DNA from: Bacteroidota bacterium
Lineage (GTDB): Bacteria > Bacteroidota > Bacteroidia > Chitinophagales > Chitinophagaceae
Direction: 5' to 3'
Length of the DNA stretch: 64,000 nucleotides
Assembly: GCA_023387985.1 (NCBI GenBank)
Contig: JAEWHC010000005.1
Location: 519,008-583,007 of the forward strand
Below are positions 41,697 through 50,552 of this stretch, one piece after another (positions within the stretch are counted from its first letter, which is position 1; every line of letters begins with the position of its first letter). The notes beneath the pieces were generated by a model. It did no database searches. It saw only the letters and a program-made list of their open reading frames with translations, and was not told the origin of the DNA. Made by a program: the position numbers and the translations under genes.

Positions 41697-42284
41697 TCAG
41701 CTTACAATTTGCAGAAAGACGAAGAGATAAAGCCACAATGCACCGATGAAATGCCAGTAAGTAGAAATTACTTCCATGGGCACGGCACTGTAATTCCTGT
41801 TTTGAACATTCAGGTTCCTCACCATCAATACAAGCAGCGTTATAACACCACCGAGTACGTGCAGAAGGTGCAAACCTGCAATAACTGCAAGAAAAGATCC
41901 ACTGACATTACTTCCGGTTCCAATCAGCCGGATGCCGTTCTGTTCCAGTTGCGCAAAACCCATTATCTGCATCACAATAAAACCCACACCCAATAGTATA
42001 GTGATTACCATCCATTGTGTATGCCCGGCGCGGTTCTGCGCTTTAAAATTACGGGCAGCCATATATAAGGTTGCGCTACTGAGCATGATTGCGGCCGTAC
42101 TGTACCAAAAAATCAGGGGGAGATCAAAACCCTGCCAGTTGGCCTGGTTCCGTTTTACAATATATGCACTGGTGAGTCCGGCAAACATCATAATAACGGA
42201 TGCCATCAGGAGCCACATGATCAATTTATGGGGATGAATTCCTTTTTGTCCGGGCATAGCCATTGCAGATTTTAGCGTATTCAT
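41697..42284 (-). CDS. Cytochrome c oxidase subunit III family, second paralog
   Basis: MMFAGLTSAY, GLH.LHV.GG, YWHF; start may be at a downstream Met. Confidence 0.88.
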   Translation of the reverse strand: MNTLKSAMAMPGQKGIHPHKLIMWLLMASVIMMFAGLTSAYIVKRNQANWQGFDLPLIFWYSTAAIMLSSATLYMAARNFKAQNRAGHTQWMVITILLGVGFIVMQIMGFAQLEQNGIRLIGTGSNVSGSFLAVIAGLHLLHVLGGVITLLVLMVRNLNVQNRNYSAVPMEVISTYWHFIGALWLYLFVFLQIVS

Positions 42285-42339
42285 ATTAAACAAAGATAGG
42301 GTTAAGCAAGGATTGGGCAGGTTTACAGGTTTCCGCTTT

Positions 42340-43227
42340 TCAGAGTTTGTCAGCGAGCAGGGCGATTACAATTACCGGTAAATATATATAACTGCTGAAC
42401 ATCACCCGTCTTGCCGCCTTAACATCCATTTCCCGGTAAAGACGTATGCATTGGATCACCATGGCAATATTTGCAGCCAGCAATACCCACATGCTGAATG
42501 TTCCGCTCATTTCTACATAATGCGGCAAAAATCCAAGGGGGATCATGGCCAGGGAATAGGCTATAGCTTGCAAAGCGGTGACTTTAGTGGGTTCATTCTG
42601 ATTGGGTAACAGGTGCAACCCGGCTTTGGTATAATCGCGGTGTGCCACCCAGGCAATAGCCCAGAAATGCGGAAATTGCCAAAGGAATTGAATGGCAAAA
42701 AGTACCCAGCCCCCTGCAGTAAAAGCATCCGCGCCGGCAACCCATCCAATCAGGCAAGGAAAAGCTCCCGGAAAAGCACCAACCAGCACACTTAATGCGG
42801 AAACTTTTTTCATAGGTGTATAAATAAACCCGTAAATAAACAGGCTGACCAATGAAAGCAGGGCGGCATAAATATTGAAGAAATACCACATAATGGCAAT
42901 TCCGAGTACGCCGCAAAGTACGGTCACCATCCAGGCATGCTGTACACTCATGCGGCCTGCCGCCAATGGACGTCCGCCGGTGCGCTTCATTACGGCGTCA
43001 CTATCCTTTTCGTAAATTTGGTTAATGGCATTGGCGGCCCCAGTAATGAGAAAACCAGCGACAAACAACAGCCCCACCATTTTGAAATTAAAATCAATAT
43101 TCGGCACCAGCAAATAACTCATCACACTTGAAAAAACTACCGTAAGGGTAAGTGTAAACTTTATGAGCTTAAAATAATCCTTTATCCGGCTATTGGCCCT
43201 TTCGCTACCGGGTTTCAAATCTTCCAT
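42340..43227 (-). CDS. cyoE: Heme o synthase (protoheme IX farnesyltransferase)
   Basis: D..MKRT..RPL, YTP.K, WQFPHFWA. Confidence 0.95.
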   Translation of the reverse strand: MEDLKPGSERANSRIKDYFKLIKFTLTLTVVFSSVMSYLLVPNIDFNFKMVGLLFVAGFLITGAANAINQIYEKDSDAVMKRTGGRPLAAGRMSVQHAWMVTVLCGVLGIAIMWYFFNIYAALLSLVSLFIYGFIYTPMKKVSALSVLVGAFPGAFPCLIGWVAGADAFTAGGWVLFAIQFLWQFPHFWAIAWVAHRDYTKAGLHLLPNQNEPTKVTALQAIAYSLAMIPLGFLPHYVEMSGTFSMWVLLAANIAMVIQCIRLYREMDVKAARRVMFSSYIYLPVIVIALLADKL

Positions 43228-43365
43228 TTACATAAATCAGTGATGGCCACAAATGTATTTTAAAATTGACAGGACACAGAAAAACATTCAATATAAATCA
43301 GAAGGTTTTACTAAACGGCAAGCGGTTTCCCAGGAAGAAGAATGCTTCCTTTTTCTAAAAACAGA

Positions 43366-43388
43366 AACCCTGCAAAAAATGCAGGGTT
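43366..43388 (-). terminator. Hairpin terminator after oxidase subunit I
   Basis: AACCCTGCA-N5-TGCAGGGTT; T-rich downstream on the minus strand. Confidence 0.6.
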
Positions 43389-43412
43389 CCAAACCTATCT
43401 TATACAAATTTC

Positions 43413-45230
43413 TTAATGTTTTTTTTCCTCCTCCCCCACTGGCGTTGTTTGAGGAATAAAAGAAACTCCATCTTTCCCATAATCATAGGCCCACCGGTGA
43501 ACCTCGGGAATTTCTCCAGGCCAGTTGCCATGGCCCGGATTGATGGGGGTAGTCCATTCCAGCGTATTGCTTTCCCACGGATTTTGCGTAGTTACCTTGC
43601 GGCCTTTCCAGATGGAATAAAAAAAGTTGGCCACAAATACCAGCTGCAACGTGAAGCTGATAATGGCTGCAATGGTGATTACCTTATTCAGATCATCGAA
43701 CTGCTTGAAGGATTCCCACTGGCTGTAATCATAATAACGACGTGGCATGCCTGCGAGACCGGTATAGTGCATCGGCCAGAATATTACATAGGCGGCTATC
43801 ATGGTTCCCCAAAAATGAATGGCCCCGAGCGTTGGGTTCATGAACCGTCCGAACATCTTCGGGAACCAGTGGTAAACCCCGGCAAACATGCCAAAGAAAC
43901 CCGCAATACCCATTACCAGGTGAAAGTGCGCAATAATAAAATAGGTATCATGCAATCCAATGTCCAGTGAGGCATTGCCCACAAAAATCCCTGTAAGTCC
44001 ACCTGAAATAAAGAAACTTACAAACCCAATAGCAAACAGCATTGGCGTGGTAAAGCGTATACTTCCCCGCCATAGCGTAGTGAGCCAGTTAAATACTTTA
44101 ATGGCCGATGGAACAGCAATCAACAAAGTCAGCAAAACAAAGAAGGAACCAAGGAAAGGATTCAAGCCGGTGACGAACATATGGTGAGCCCATACCAGGA
44201 ACGCCAGTACGCAAATGGCAAACAAAGAGCCGACCATGGCCATATACCCGAATATGGGTTTTCTTGCATTGGTGCTCATCACTTCAGAAACTATACCCAT
44301 TGCAGGAAGAATAATAATATACACTTCCGGATGACCAAGAAACCAGAACAAATGCTGATACAGGATGGCAGATCCGCCTTCATTGGGCAAAGCTGTTTGG
44401 GTTGCCTGTACAAAAATTTCACTCAGGTAGAAACTGGTGCCGAGTGTACGGTCGAAAATAAGCAGGACAACACCGCTCAACAGTACAGGGAAGCTGAGCA
44501 AACCCAGAACAGCCGTAAAGAAAAATGCCCAGATTGTGAGCGGGAGTCTCGTCATGCTCATGCCTTTGGTGCGCTGATTCAACACGGTCGCCACATAATT
44601 AAGGCCTGCCATCATCTGGGAGATAATGAAAAGAGCCATGCTCGCAATCCAGAGGTCCATACCCGTTTTAGAACCTGGTGACATATCGCCTATGGCACTC
44701 AATGGAGGATATGCCGTCCAACCTCCGGAGAAAGGACCAGTTTGTACGAAAAGGGAAGCAACCATTAAAATGCTGGCTACGAAAAAGAACCAATAACTGA
44801 TCATATTCACTACAGGTGCGGCCATATCGCGGGCCCCCACCTGTAAAGGGATCAGGAAGTTTGAGAAAGTACCACTTAGCCCGGCTGTCAATACGAAAAA
44901 CACGAGTACGGTACCGTGCATGGTTACCAGCGCATAGTAAAATTCAGGCTGCAGACGTCCTCCTGCTGCCCACCGGCCCAGTATGGTCTCCATCCATGGG
45001 AAAGTTTCATTAGGGAAACCAAGTTGCAGCCGGAAGAATACCGAGAAAAGACCTCCTATTATCGCCCACACAATACCCGTAATCAAAAACTGCTTTGCAA
45101 TGGTTTTATGATCGGTACTGAAAATGTATTTGGTGATCCAGCTTTGTTCATGATGATGCCCGTTATGGTGCAAGTCATGATGAGGAGCACCTTGGGCTAC
45201 ATGTAAACTTCCGGTATGCACGTCACTCAT
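43413..45230 (-). CDS. ctaD: Cytochrome c oxidase subunit I (A1 type)
   Basis: TDHK, GHPEVY, WAHH, HDTY...HFH, MPRR. Confidence 0.96.
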   Translation of the reverse strand: MSDVHTGSLHVAQGAPHHDLHHNGHHHEQSWITKYIFSTDHKTIAKQFLITGIVWAIIGGLFSVFFRLQLGFPNETFPWMETILGRWAAGGRLQPEFYYALVTMHGTVLVFFVLTAGLSGTFSNFLIPLQVGARDMAAPVVNMISYWFFFVASILMVASLFVQTGPFSGGWTAYPPLSAIGDMSPGSKTGMDLWIASMALFIISQMMAGLNYVATVLNQRTKGMSMTRLPLTIWAFFFTAVLGLLSFPVLLSGVVLLIFDRTLGTSFYLSEIFVQATQTALPNEGGSAILYQHLFWFLGHPEVYIIILPAMGIVSEVMSTNARKPIFGYMAMVGSLFAICVLAFLVWAHHMFVTGLNPFLGSFFVLLTLLIAVPSAIKVFNWLTTLWRGSIRFTTPMLFAIGFVSFFISGGLTGIFVGNASLDIGLHDTYFIIAHFHLVMGIAGFFGMFAGVYHWFPKMFGRFMNPTLGAIHFWGTMIAAYVIFWPMHYTGLAGMPRRYYDYSQWESFKQFDDLNKVITIAAIISFTLQLVFVANFFYSIWKGRKVTTQNPWESNTLEWTTPINPGHGNWPGEIPEVHRWAYDYGKDGVSFIPQTTPVGEEEKKH

Positions 45231-45276
45231 TTTTTAATATCCGTTTTGTGGTTGTTAACCAGGGTGAATTGAATAA

Positions 45277-46329
45277 TTATTGAACCTGCGTGGTATCCGT
45301 GGCAATTGCAGAAACGGCCGCAGCTACTGTTTGAACTGAGGCGTCTTTGTCCGGATTCGCAATGAGGTAGGTTGGTTTGATTTTTTGCATTTCGGTATCA
45401 TACTCTGCCTGGCTTACTACTTTTATTACGCCACGCATGGCATAGTGGCTGTTTCCGCAGAGCTGATCGCAAACAATTTCGTACTCAAAATTAGGGTTTG
45501 CGGTTTTAGCGCGCATTTCTTCTGTAGTTATTTGCGGCGTAAACCATAAGGTTGTTGGAATTCCGGGTACCGCGTCCATTTTTTGCCGGAAGTGCGGCAA
45601 TCCTACCGAATGCACAACATCTTTTGAATAGATTACCAATTTCACCGGTACGCCTTTTACCAGGAACATGGTGGTGGGTTGCAGGTCATCGTGGTTAGCG
45701 CGGTCTTCCCAGTCTTGCCCCAGAAGGTTATTTTTAGGACCGCTGATCAATTTGTAATTCTTCTTTCCCAAAACACCGTCGTCACCCGGATAACGGTAAA
45801 TCCATCCAAATTGCTGCCCGGTAATCTCTACCAGCATCGAGTTCTCTGGGGGATTGCCGGTGATTTTAAACCAGTGTTTCAAACCCAATACAACCAATAC
45901 GGTAAGTACGATAGCCGGAATGGTAGTCCAGATTATTTCCAGCGTATTGTTGTGTGAATAATAATATGGTTTGCTGGTTTCCGTCTCGCGATAGCGGAAG
46001 CTGAACCAGAACAAAAGAATTTGTGTAATCACAAATACGATACCGGTAAGCAACAAAGTGACCATGAACATCCGGTCGTACTCTTCACCTTCCACGGAGG
46101 CAGAGCCCTGGGCAAACAACGTATCGCCTTTGAGCGCTTCATTGCACCAATAAGCTGCAATTAGCCCCAGTATCATAAAGGCGAGCATCAGCCAGGCATT
46201 GATTCTGTTACTCGAGTGCCGGCTTGCTTTTGCACCCCTTAGCGAACTAACGTATTCGCTGGCTTTGGCAATCTGGAAGATCACCAGGAAAACCAATGCA
46301 ACCACAAGCAATAACAACCAAATATTCAT
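45277..46329 (-). CDS. ctaC: Cytochrome c oxidase subunit II (CuA; no fused cytochrome c)
   Basis: LEIIWT.IP, DVVH, DAVPG, CDQLCGNSHYAM. Confidence 0.93.
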   Translation of the reverse strand: MNIWLLLLVVALVFLVIFQIAKASEYVSSLRGAKASRHSSNRINAWLMLAFMILGLIAAYWCNEALKGDTLFAQGSASVEGEEYDRMFMVTLLLTGIVFVITQILLFWFSFRYRETETSKPYYYSHNNTLEIIWTTIPAIVLTVLVVLGLKHWFKITGNPPENSMLVEITGQQFGWIYRYPGDDGVLGKKNYKLISGPKNNLLGQDWEDRANHDDLQPTTMFLVKGVPVKLVIYSKDVVHSVGLPHFRQKMDAVPGIPTTLWFTPQITTEEMRAKTANPNFEYEIVCDQLCGNSHYAMRGVIKVVSQAEYDTEMQKIKPTYLIANPDKDASVQTVAAAVSAIATDTTQVQ

Positions 46330-46440
46330 ACCTTCTCTTTTTCTTTTTCAGAGTAAAATAAATAAAGCCTTCCCTTTGAGGCCACCAAATTAAGGTTTAG
46401 CGGCTTATTACAAAATTTTTTTGTACCAAAACGTCATTTG

Positions 46441-47658
46441 TTACACATGATGGATCACACTTTCCTTGAGGAAAGGGTGATGCAATGGAACGGTTGGAGC
46501 CTTTTCCAATGCTTTGCCACCAAACCAAATGATCATGCCCACATAGCCAAGGGCAATTCCAAATTCAAACCAACCCATATGTGCATGAGCGCCTAAAGGA
46601 TTCGGCATTACCATGATGTAAAAATCAATCCAGTGGCCAACCAGCAGCAATACGGCGGCGAATGTAATGATGGTATAGTTTCGTTTGGCCCCTGCAGTCA
46701 TCAGAATGAGCAAGGGAGCCAGGAAATTCAATATCAGGTTGAGGAAAAACAATCCCCGGAACTCACCCCATAAGCGGGCTTTGAAATATTCTGTTTCTTC
46801 CGGAATGTTGGCATACCAGATTAACATAAACTGGCTGAACCACAGGTAAGTCCAGAATATGGAAAAGGCAAACAGGAATTTGCCCAGGTCGTGCAGGTGT
46901 TCATCCGAAGTAAAGGGCAGGTGCCCCATATTTTTGAGGTAAACAACAAAAATAATAATGAGCGCCAGGCCACCTACAAAGGTTGAAGCAAATGTATACC
47001 AGCTATACATCGTGGAGTACCAGTGTGCGTCAATACTCATTAACCAAAGCCACGGAATTGATGACATTACTGTGAGTGCGAACAACACGATGTAAAATGA
47101 TGCATGAACAGTGTTTTTAAACATCCAGCGTTTGCCTTGTTCAACGGTCATTGGTCCGGCATCGGCTTCGCGGCCAATCCTGCGCATATTCCATCCCAAT
47201 ACAATCCAACCGCCTATTGCGATAATGCTCCAGATTGTAAAAAATACCGGATTGAGAAAACCCCCTTTGGCCAGAATGATCTGGTCGTTGCCAGGGGTAA
47301 GCCAATGGTAAATATGATGCTGATGACCAAAAACAATACCCATGAGCACAATAAAGCATAAGATGCCGAAGGGAAGCGTTAGGGCTGAAATGGCTTCAGT
47401 TACACGGCGAAACGAAACCTGCCATCCGCCCCATGCCAGCGTACAGGCACACAAAAAGAACATAGCAGCATTTACGACCAGGAGAAAATAAACACTGTTT
47501 TGCAGCAATACGGCCCAAAAGCGGGTTTTAGCATGTTCATCAGCGCTGAATGCCAAAAAGAAAATTCCGGCGAGCAGTGCAATCCCACCAACGATGGAAA
47601 GGCCCATTCCCCATTTTTTCATTCCGGCTGGTTGTACAAATTGAAAATTATATGCCAT
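46441..47658 (-). CDS. actF: Alternative complex III subunit F
   Basis: Polytopic; HWYST, HLHDLGK, WYANIPEE. Confidence 0.9.
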   Translation of the reverse strand: MAYNFQFVQPAGMKKWGMGLSIVGGIALLAGIFFLAFSADEHAKTRFWAVLLQNSVYFLLVVNAAMFFLCACTLAWGGWQVSFRRVTEAISALTLPFGILCFIVLMGIVFGHQHHIYHWLTPGNDQIILAKGGFLNPVFFTIWSIIAIGGWIVLGWNMRRIGREADAGPMTVEQGKRWMFKNTVHASFYIVLFALTVMSSIPWLWLMSIDAHWYSTMYSWYTFASTFVGGLALIIIFVVYLKNMGHLPFTSDEHLHDLGKFLFAFSIFWTYLWFSQFMLIWYANIPEETEYFKARLWGEFRGLFFLNLILNFLAPLLILMTAGAKRNYTIITFAAVLLLVGHWIDFYIMVMPNPLGAHAHMGWFEFGIALGYVGMIIWFGGKALEKAPTVPLHHPFLKESVIHHV

Positions 47659-47695
47659 GGTATCTTTATTGTATTCTTCTGTTTATTTGAATTCC

Positions 47696-48334
47696 TTAGT
47701 TCGCAGCAGCAGCTGTTGAATCTGTAGTTGCAGGTGCCGCGGCTGCAGCACTTCCCTGTTTTGATTTAATAAAATGGATAACCTGCCATCTTTCTGTAGG
47801 CGTAAGCTGTGAAGCATAGCTTCCCATAAGGTTGCGGCCATAGGTAACGCTGTAAAACATTTTGCCCGCTGGCATATTCTCATACAAGGGATCACCAACC
47901 AAAGTTGCGGGCTTGGCAGGATAAGGGCCTGCCCCTCCTTTCCAAAGCGGGCCGTTGCCATCAAGCTTGGCACCATGGCAAATTCCGCAATTGATCTGGT
48001 AAATCCTTTCAGTTTCAGCCATCTCTTCAGGTGTCAGGCTGGTGACGGGATTCGGAATTGCAACACTTGCCTCATAGTTGGTAAAATCACCAACTTTGTC
48101 TTTCTCCAGTTCAAACACATACTCAGTATTGCGGCTCACCGTACCTGCAACCGGAGCAGCATCATAATTTATGCCTTTCTCCTTCAGGTTGCCGTGTGCG
48201 GCATTGGTTTCATATGCCCGGCTGTAAGCCATATCGGGCATATAAATACTGCCTGGCTTCCGCTTTACAGCAGGTTGGCAGGCACTTAACACCAGCAGTA
48301 ACACTCCGCAAAGAATAATGGTTATATTTTTCAT
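47696..48334 (-). CDS. actE: Alternative complex III monoheme lipoprotein ActE
   Basis: Lipobox LSAC, YMPDM, CGICH, MGSYA. Confidence 0.9.
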   Translation of the reverse strand: MKNITIILCGVLLLVLSACQPAVKRKPGSIYMPDMAYSRAYETNAAHGNLKEKGINYDAAPVAGTVSRNTEYVFELEKDKVGDFTNYEASVAIPNPVTSLTPEEMAETERIYQINCGICHGAKLDGNGPLWKGGAGPYPAKPATLVGDPLYENMPAGKMFYSVTYGRNLMGSYASQLTPTERWQVIHFIKSKQGSAAAAAPATTDSTAAAAN

Positions 48335-48371
48335 CCTGTAATGTTCAGTGTTATGTCAAAAAAATTTATTC

Positions 48372-48968
48372 TTAAGATACAACAGGTGCTGCATCCGTTT
48401 TTTTATACAATACCTGTTCCTTGGCATAGCTTCCGTACCACCAACCGGCCTCAGTTACCTGCGTGTTGACATCGTGGGCACCAACAGCATTCAGTTTGGC
48501 AGTTACCTCGGCTTCCGCCGAATCATCACCAACCTCAATCACCATTACAAATTTGTCATCGGTTGCCCGTTCATGAAAATGATGTTTTTTTACACCAGGC
48601 CCCAGGTTACAAAGCCAGCAGAAAGTAATGAACATGCCTACTGACGCACAAAGTACCGTAAATTCAAAAGTGATGGGAATAAATGCCGGCAGTGGAAAAT
48701 AGGGTTTACCGCCGATATTTAGGGGCCAGTTGCTGGAAAATACCCAGCCCATAAAGCTCAGGGCAATGGTGGTGCCTGTAATGCCATAAATGAACCCGGC
48801 AGTATGCAGGCTCGTTTCACGCAGGCCCATGGCTTTGTCCAATCCGTGCACCGGGAAAGGCGTATACACATCGTGAAGCTTAAAGCCTGCCTTCCGTACC
48901 TCTTTTACGGCCGGAAACAGCACTTTTTCATCATCAAACAATCCAACAACAAATTTTCTAACGTCCAT
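48372..48968 (-). CDS. actD: Alternative complex III subunit D (DUF3341)
   Basis: YTPFPVHG, WP.NIGGKP, PITFE. Confidence 0.92.
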   Translation of the reverse strand: MDVRKFVVGLFDDEKVLFPAVKEVRKAGFKLHDVYTPFPVHGLDKAMGLRETSLHTAGFIYGITGTTIALSFMGWVFSSNWPLNIGGKPYFPLPAFIPITFEFTVLCASVGMFITFCWLCNLGPGVKKHHFHERATDDKFVMVIEVGDDSAEAEVTAKLNAVGAHDVNTQVTEAGWWYGSYAKEQVLYKKTDAAPVVS

Positions 48969-49042
48969 ATGCTCAGTTATAAAATTATAATTCGTTTTTT
49001 CTGGTTCTCTATATCTTAAATCTTAAGAAGTTCCTGGTATAA

Positions 49043-50485
49043 CTAATGAGCCATGGTATGCTCAAAGTCATACACGTCTTTTCTTTCCAGCGGCGCCTGT
49101 TCCTCTTTATAGTTGTCACCACTCTTCTTCAGAATATGTTTTATCTCTGCAACTGCAATTACGGGGAACCATTTGGCAAACAGGAAAAAGCATACAAAGA
49201 ACAATCCGAATGTGCCAAGATAGAACCCGATCTCCCAGATGGAGGGGCTGTAATAATAGCTCCAGCTAGATGGCAGGTAGTCACGGTAGAGGGAGGTTAC
49301 AATGATTACAAAACGCTCGAACCACATACCCACATTCACCAGAACACTCATAAAAAAGGTAAGTACAATATTCCTTCTCAGTTTTTTGAACCAGAAGATT
49401 TGCGGGCTGAGCACATTACAGGCCATCATACCCCAATAGCTCCAGCCATATGGCGCAAACAGGTCAGCGCGGGTATTCCAGAATGCGTATCCTTCATAAG
49501 GATTCTGGCTGTACCAGGCCATAAACAATTCGGTTAGATAGGCAATTCCCACAATGGAGCCGGTAAGTACAATCACCTTGTTCATTACTTCAACGTGTTC
49601 CACGGTTATGTATTCTTCGAGTGACAATACTTTGCGGGTGATGAGCATAAGGGTTTGCACCATGGCAAAACCGGAGAAGATGGCCCCTGCCACAAAATAG
49701 GGTGGGAAGATGGTGGTATGCCAGCCCGGAATAACCGAAGTAGCAAAGTCAAAAGACACTATGGTATGTACTGAAAGAACCAGCGGTGTTGACAAGCCGG
49801 CAAGTACAAGAGCCAGGCTTTCATGTCGCTGCCAGTGCTTGGTACTGCCTGTCCAGCCAAATGCCAACAAGCCGTACATATTCTTGCGCCATTTTGCTTT
49901 TGCGCGGTCCCTTACGGTGGCCAGGTCGGGCAACAGACCGGAATACCAGAACAACAGCGATACGGTGAAGTAGGTTGAAATCGCGAATACGTCCCAAAGC
50001 AGCGGGGAAACAAAGTTAACCCAAAGCGGTCCGCGGGTGTTGGGATAGGGCATTACGAAGAAAGCCATCCATACGCGACCCATGTGGAAGATCGGGAACT
50101 GACCGGCACAAATAACGGCAAAAATGGTCATCGCTTCTGCAGCCCGGTTTACTCCTGTACGCCAACCCTGGCGAAAGAGCAGCAAGATGGCAGAGATCAG
50201 CGTTCCGGCGTGACCGATACCTATCCACCACACAAAGTTGGTGATGTCCCAGCCCCACCCAATGGTCTTGTTCAGGTTCCATTCCCCAACGCCGTAGGTT
50301 ACCTCGCGATATACACTGTATATCCCAAAAAGCAGCAAGACGGCCGCGATACTGAAGCCGATATACCACAATTTCGACGGGGTCGTCTCAATAGGACGAA
50401 TGATGTCTTCAGTAACCTGATGGTAGGTTTTGTTGCCATCAACTATTGGTTCCCTGACCGCGCTTTCGTACTTTAATACTGACAT
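49043..50485 (-). CDS. actC: Alternative complex III subunit C (NrfD/PsrC family)
   Basis: WGWDITNFVWWIGIGHAGT, SVH.IV, GMWFERF. Confidence 0.94.
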   Translation of the reverse strand: MSVLKYESAVREPIVDGNKTYHQVTEDIIRPIETTPSKLWYIGFSIAAVLLLFGIYSVYREVTYGVGEWNLNKTIGWGWDITNFVWWIGIGHAGTLISAILLLFRQGWRTGVNRAAEAMTIFAVICAGQFPIFHMGRVWMAFFVMPYPNTRGPLWVNFVSPLLWDVFAISTYFTVSLLFWYSGLLPDLATVRDRAKAKWRKNMYGLLAFGWTGSTKHWQRHESLALVLAGLSTPLVLSVHTIVSFDFATSVIPGWHTTIFPPYFVAGAIFSGFAMVQTLMLITRKVLSLEEYITVEHVEVMNKVIVLTGSIVGIAYLTELFMAWYSQNPYEGYAFWNTRADLFAPYGWSYWGMMACNVLSPQIFWFKKLRRNIVLTFFMSVLVNVGMWFERFVIIVTSLYRDYLPSSWSYYYSPSIWEIGFYLGTFGLFFVCFFLFAKWFPVIAVAEIKHILKKSGDNYKEEQAPLERKDVYDFEHTMAH

Positions 50486-50552
50486 ATGCTTTTCGCTTTT
50501 CCTTACCGGCCCTCTTGAGCCTTGCAGTTATACTATTAATTATATCAAACCG

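Noticed and set aside
45140..45230. His-rich N-terminus of oxidase subunit I
   Set aside because: Common in Bacteroidota subunit I proteins by recall; not distinctive.
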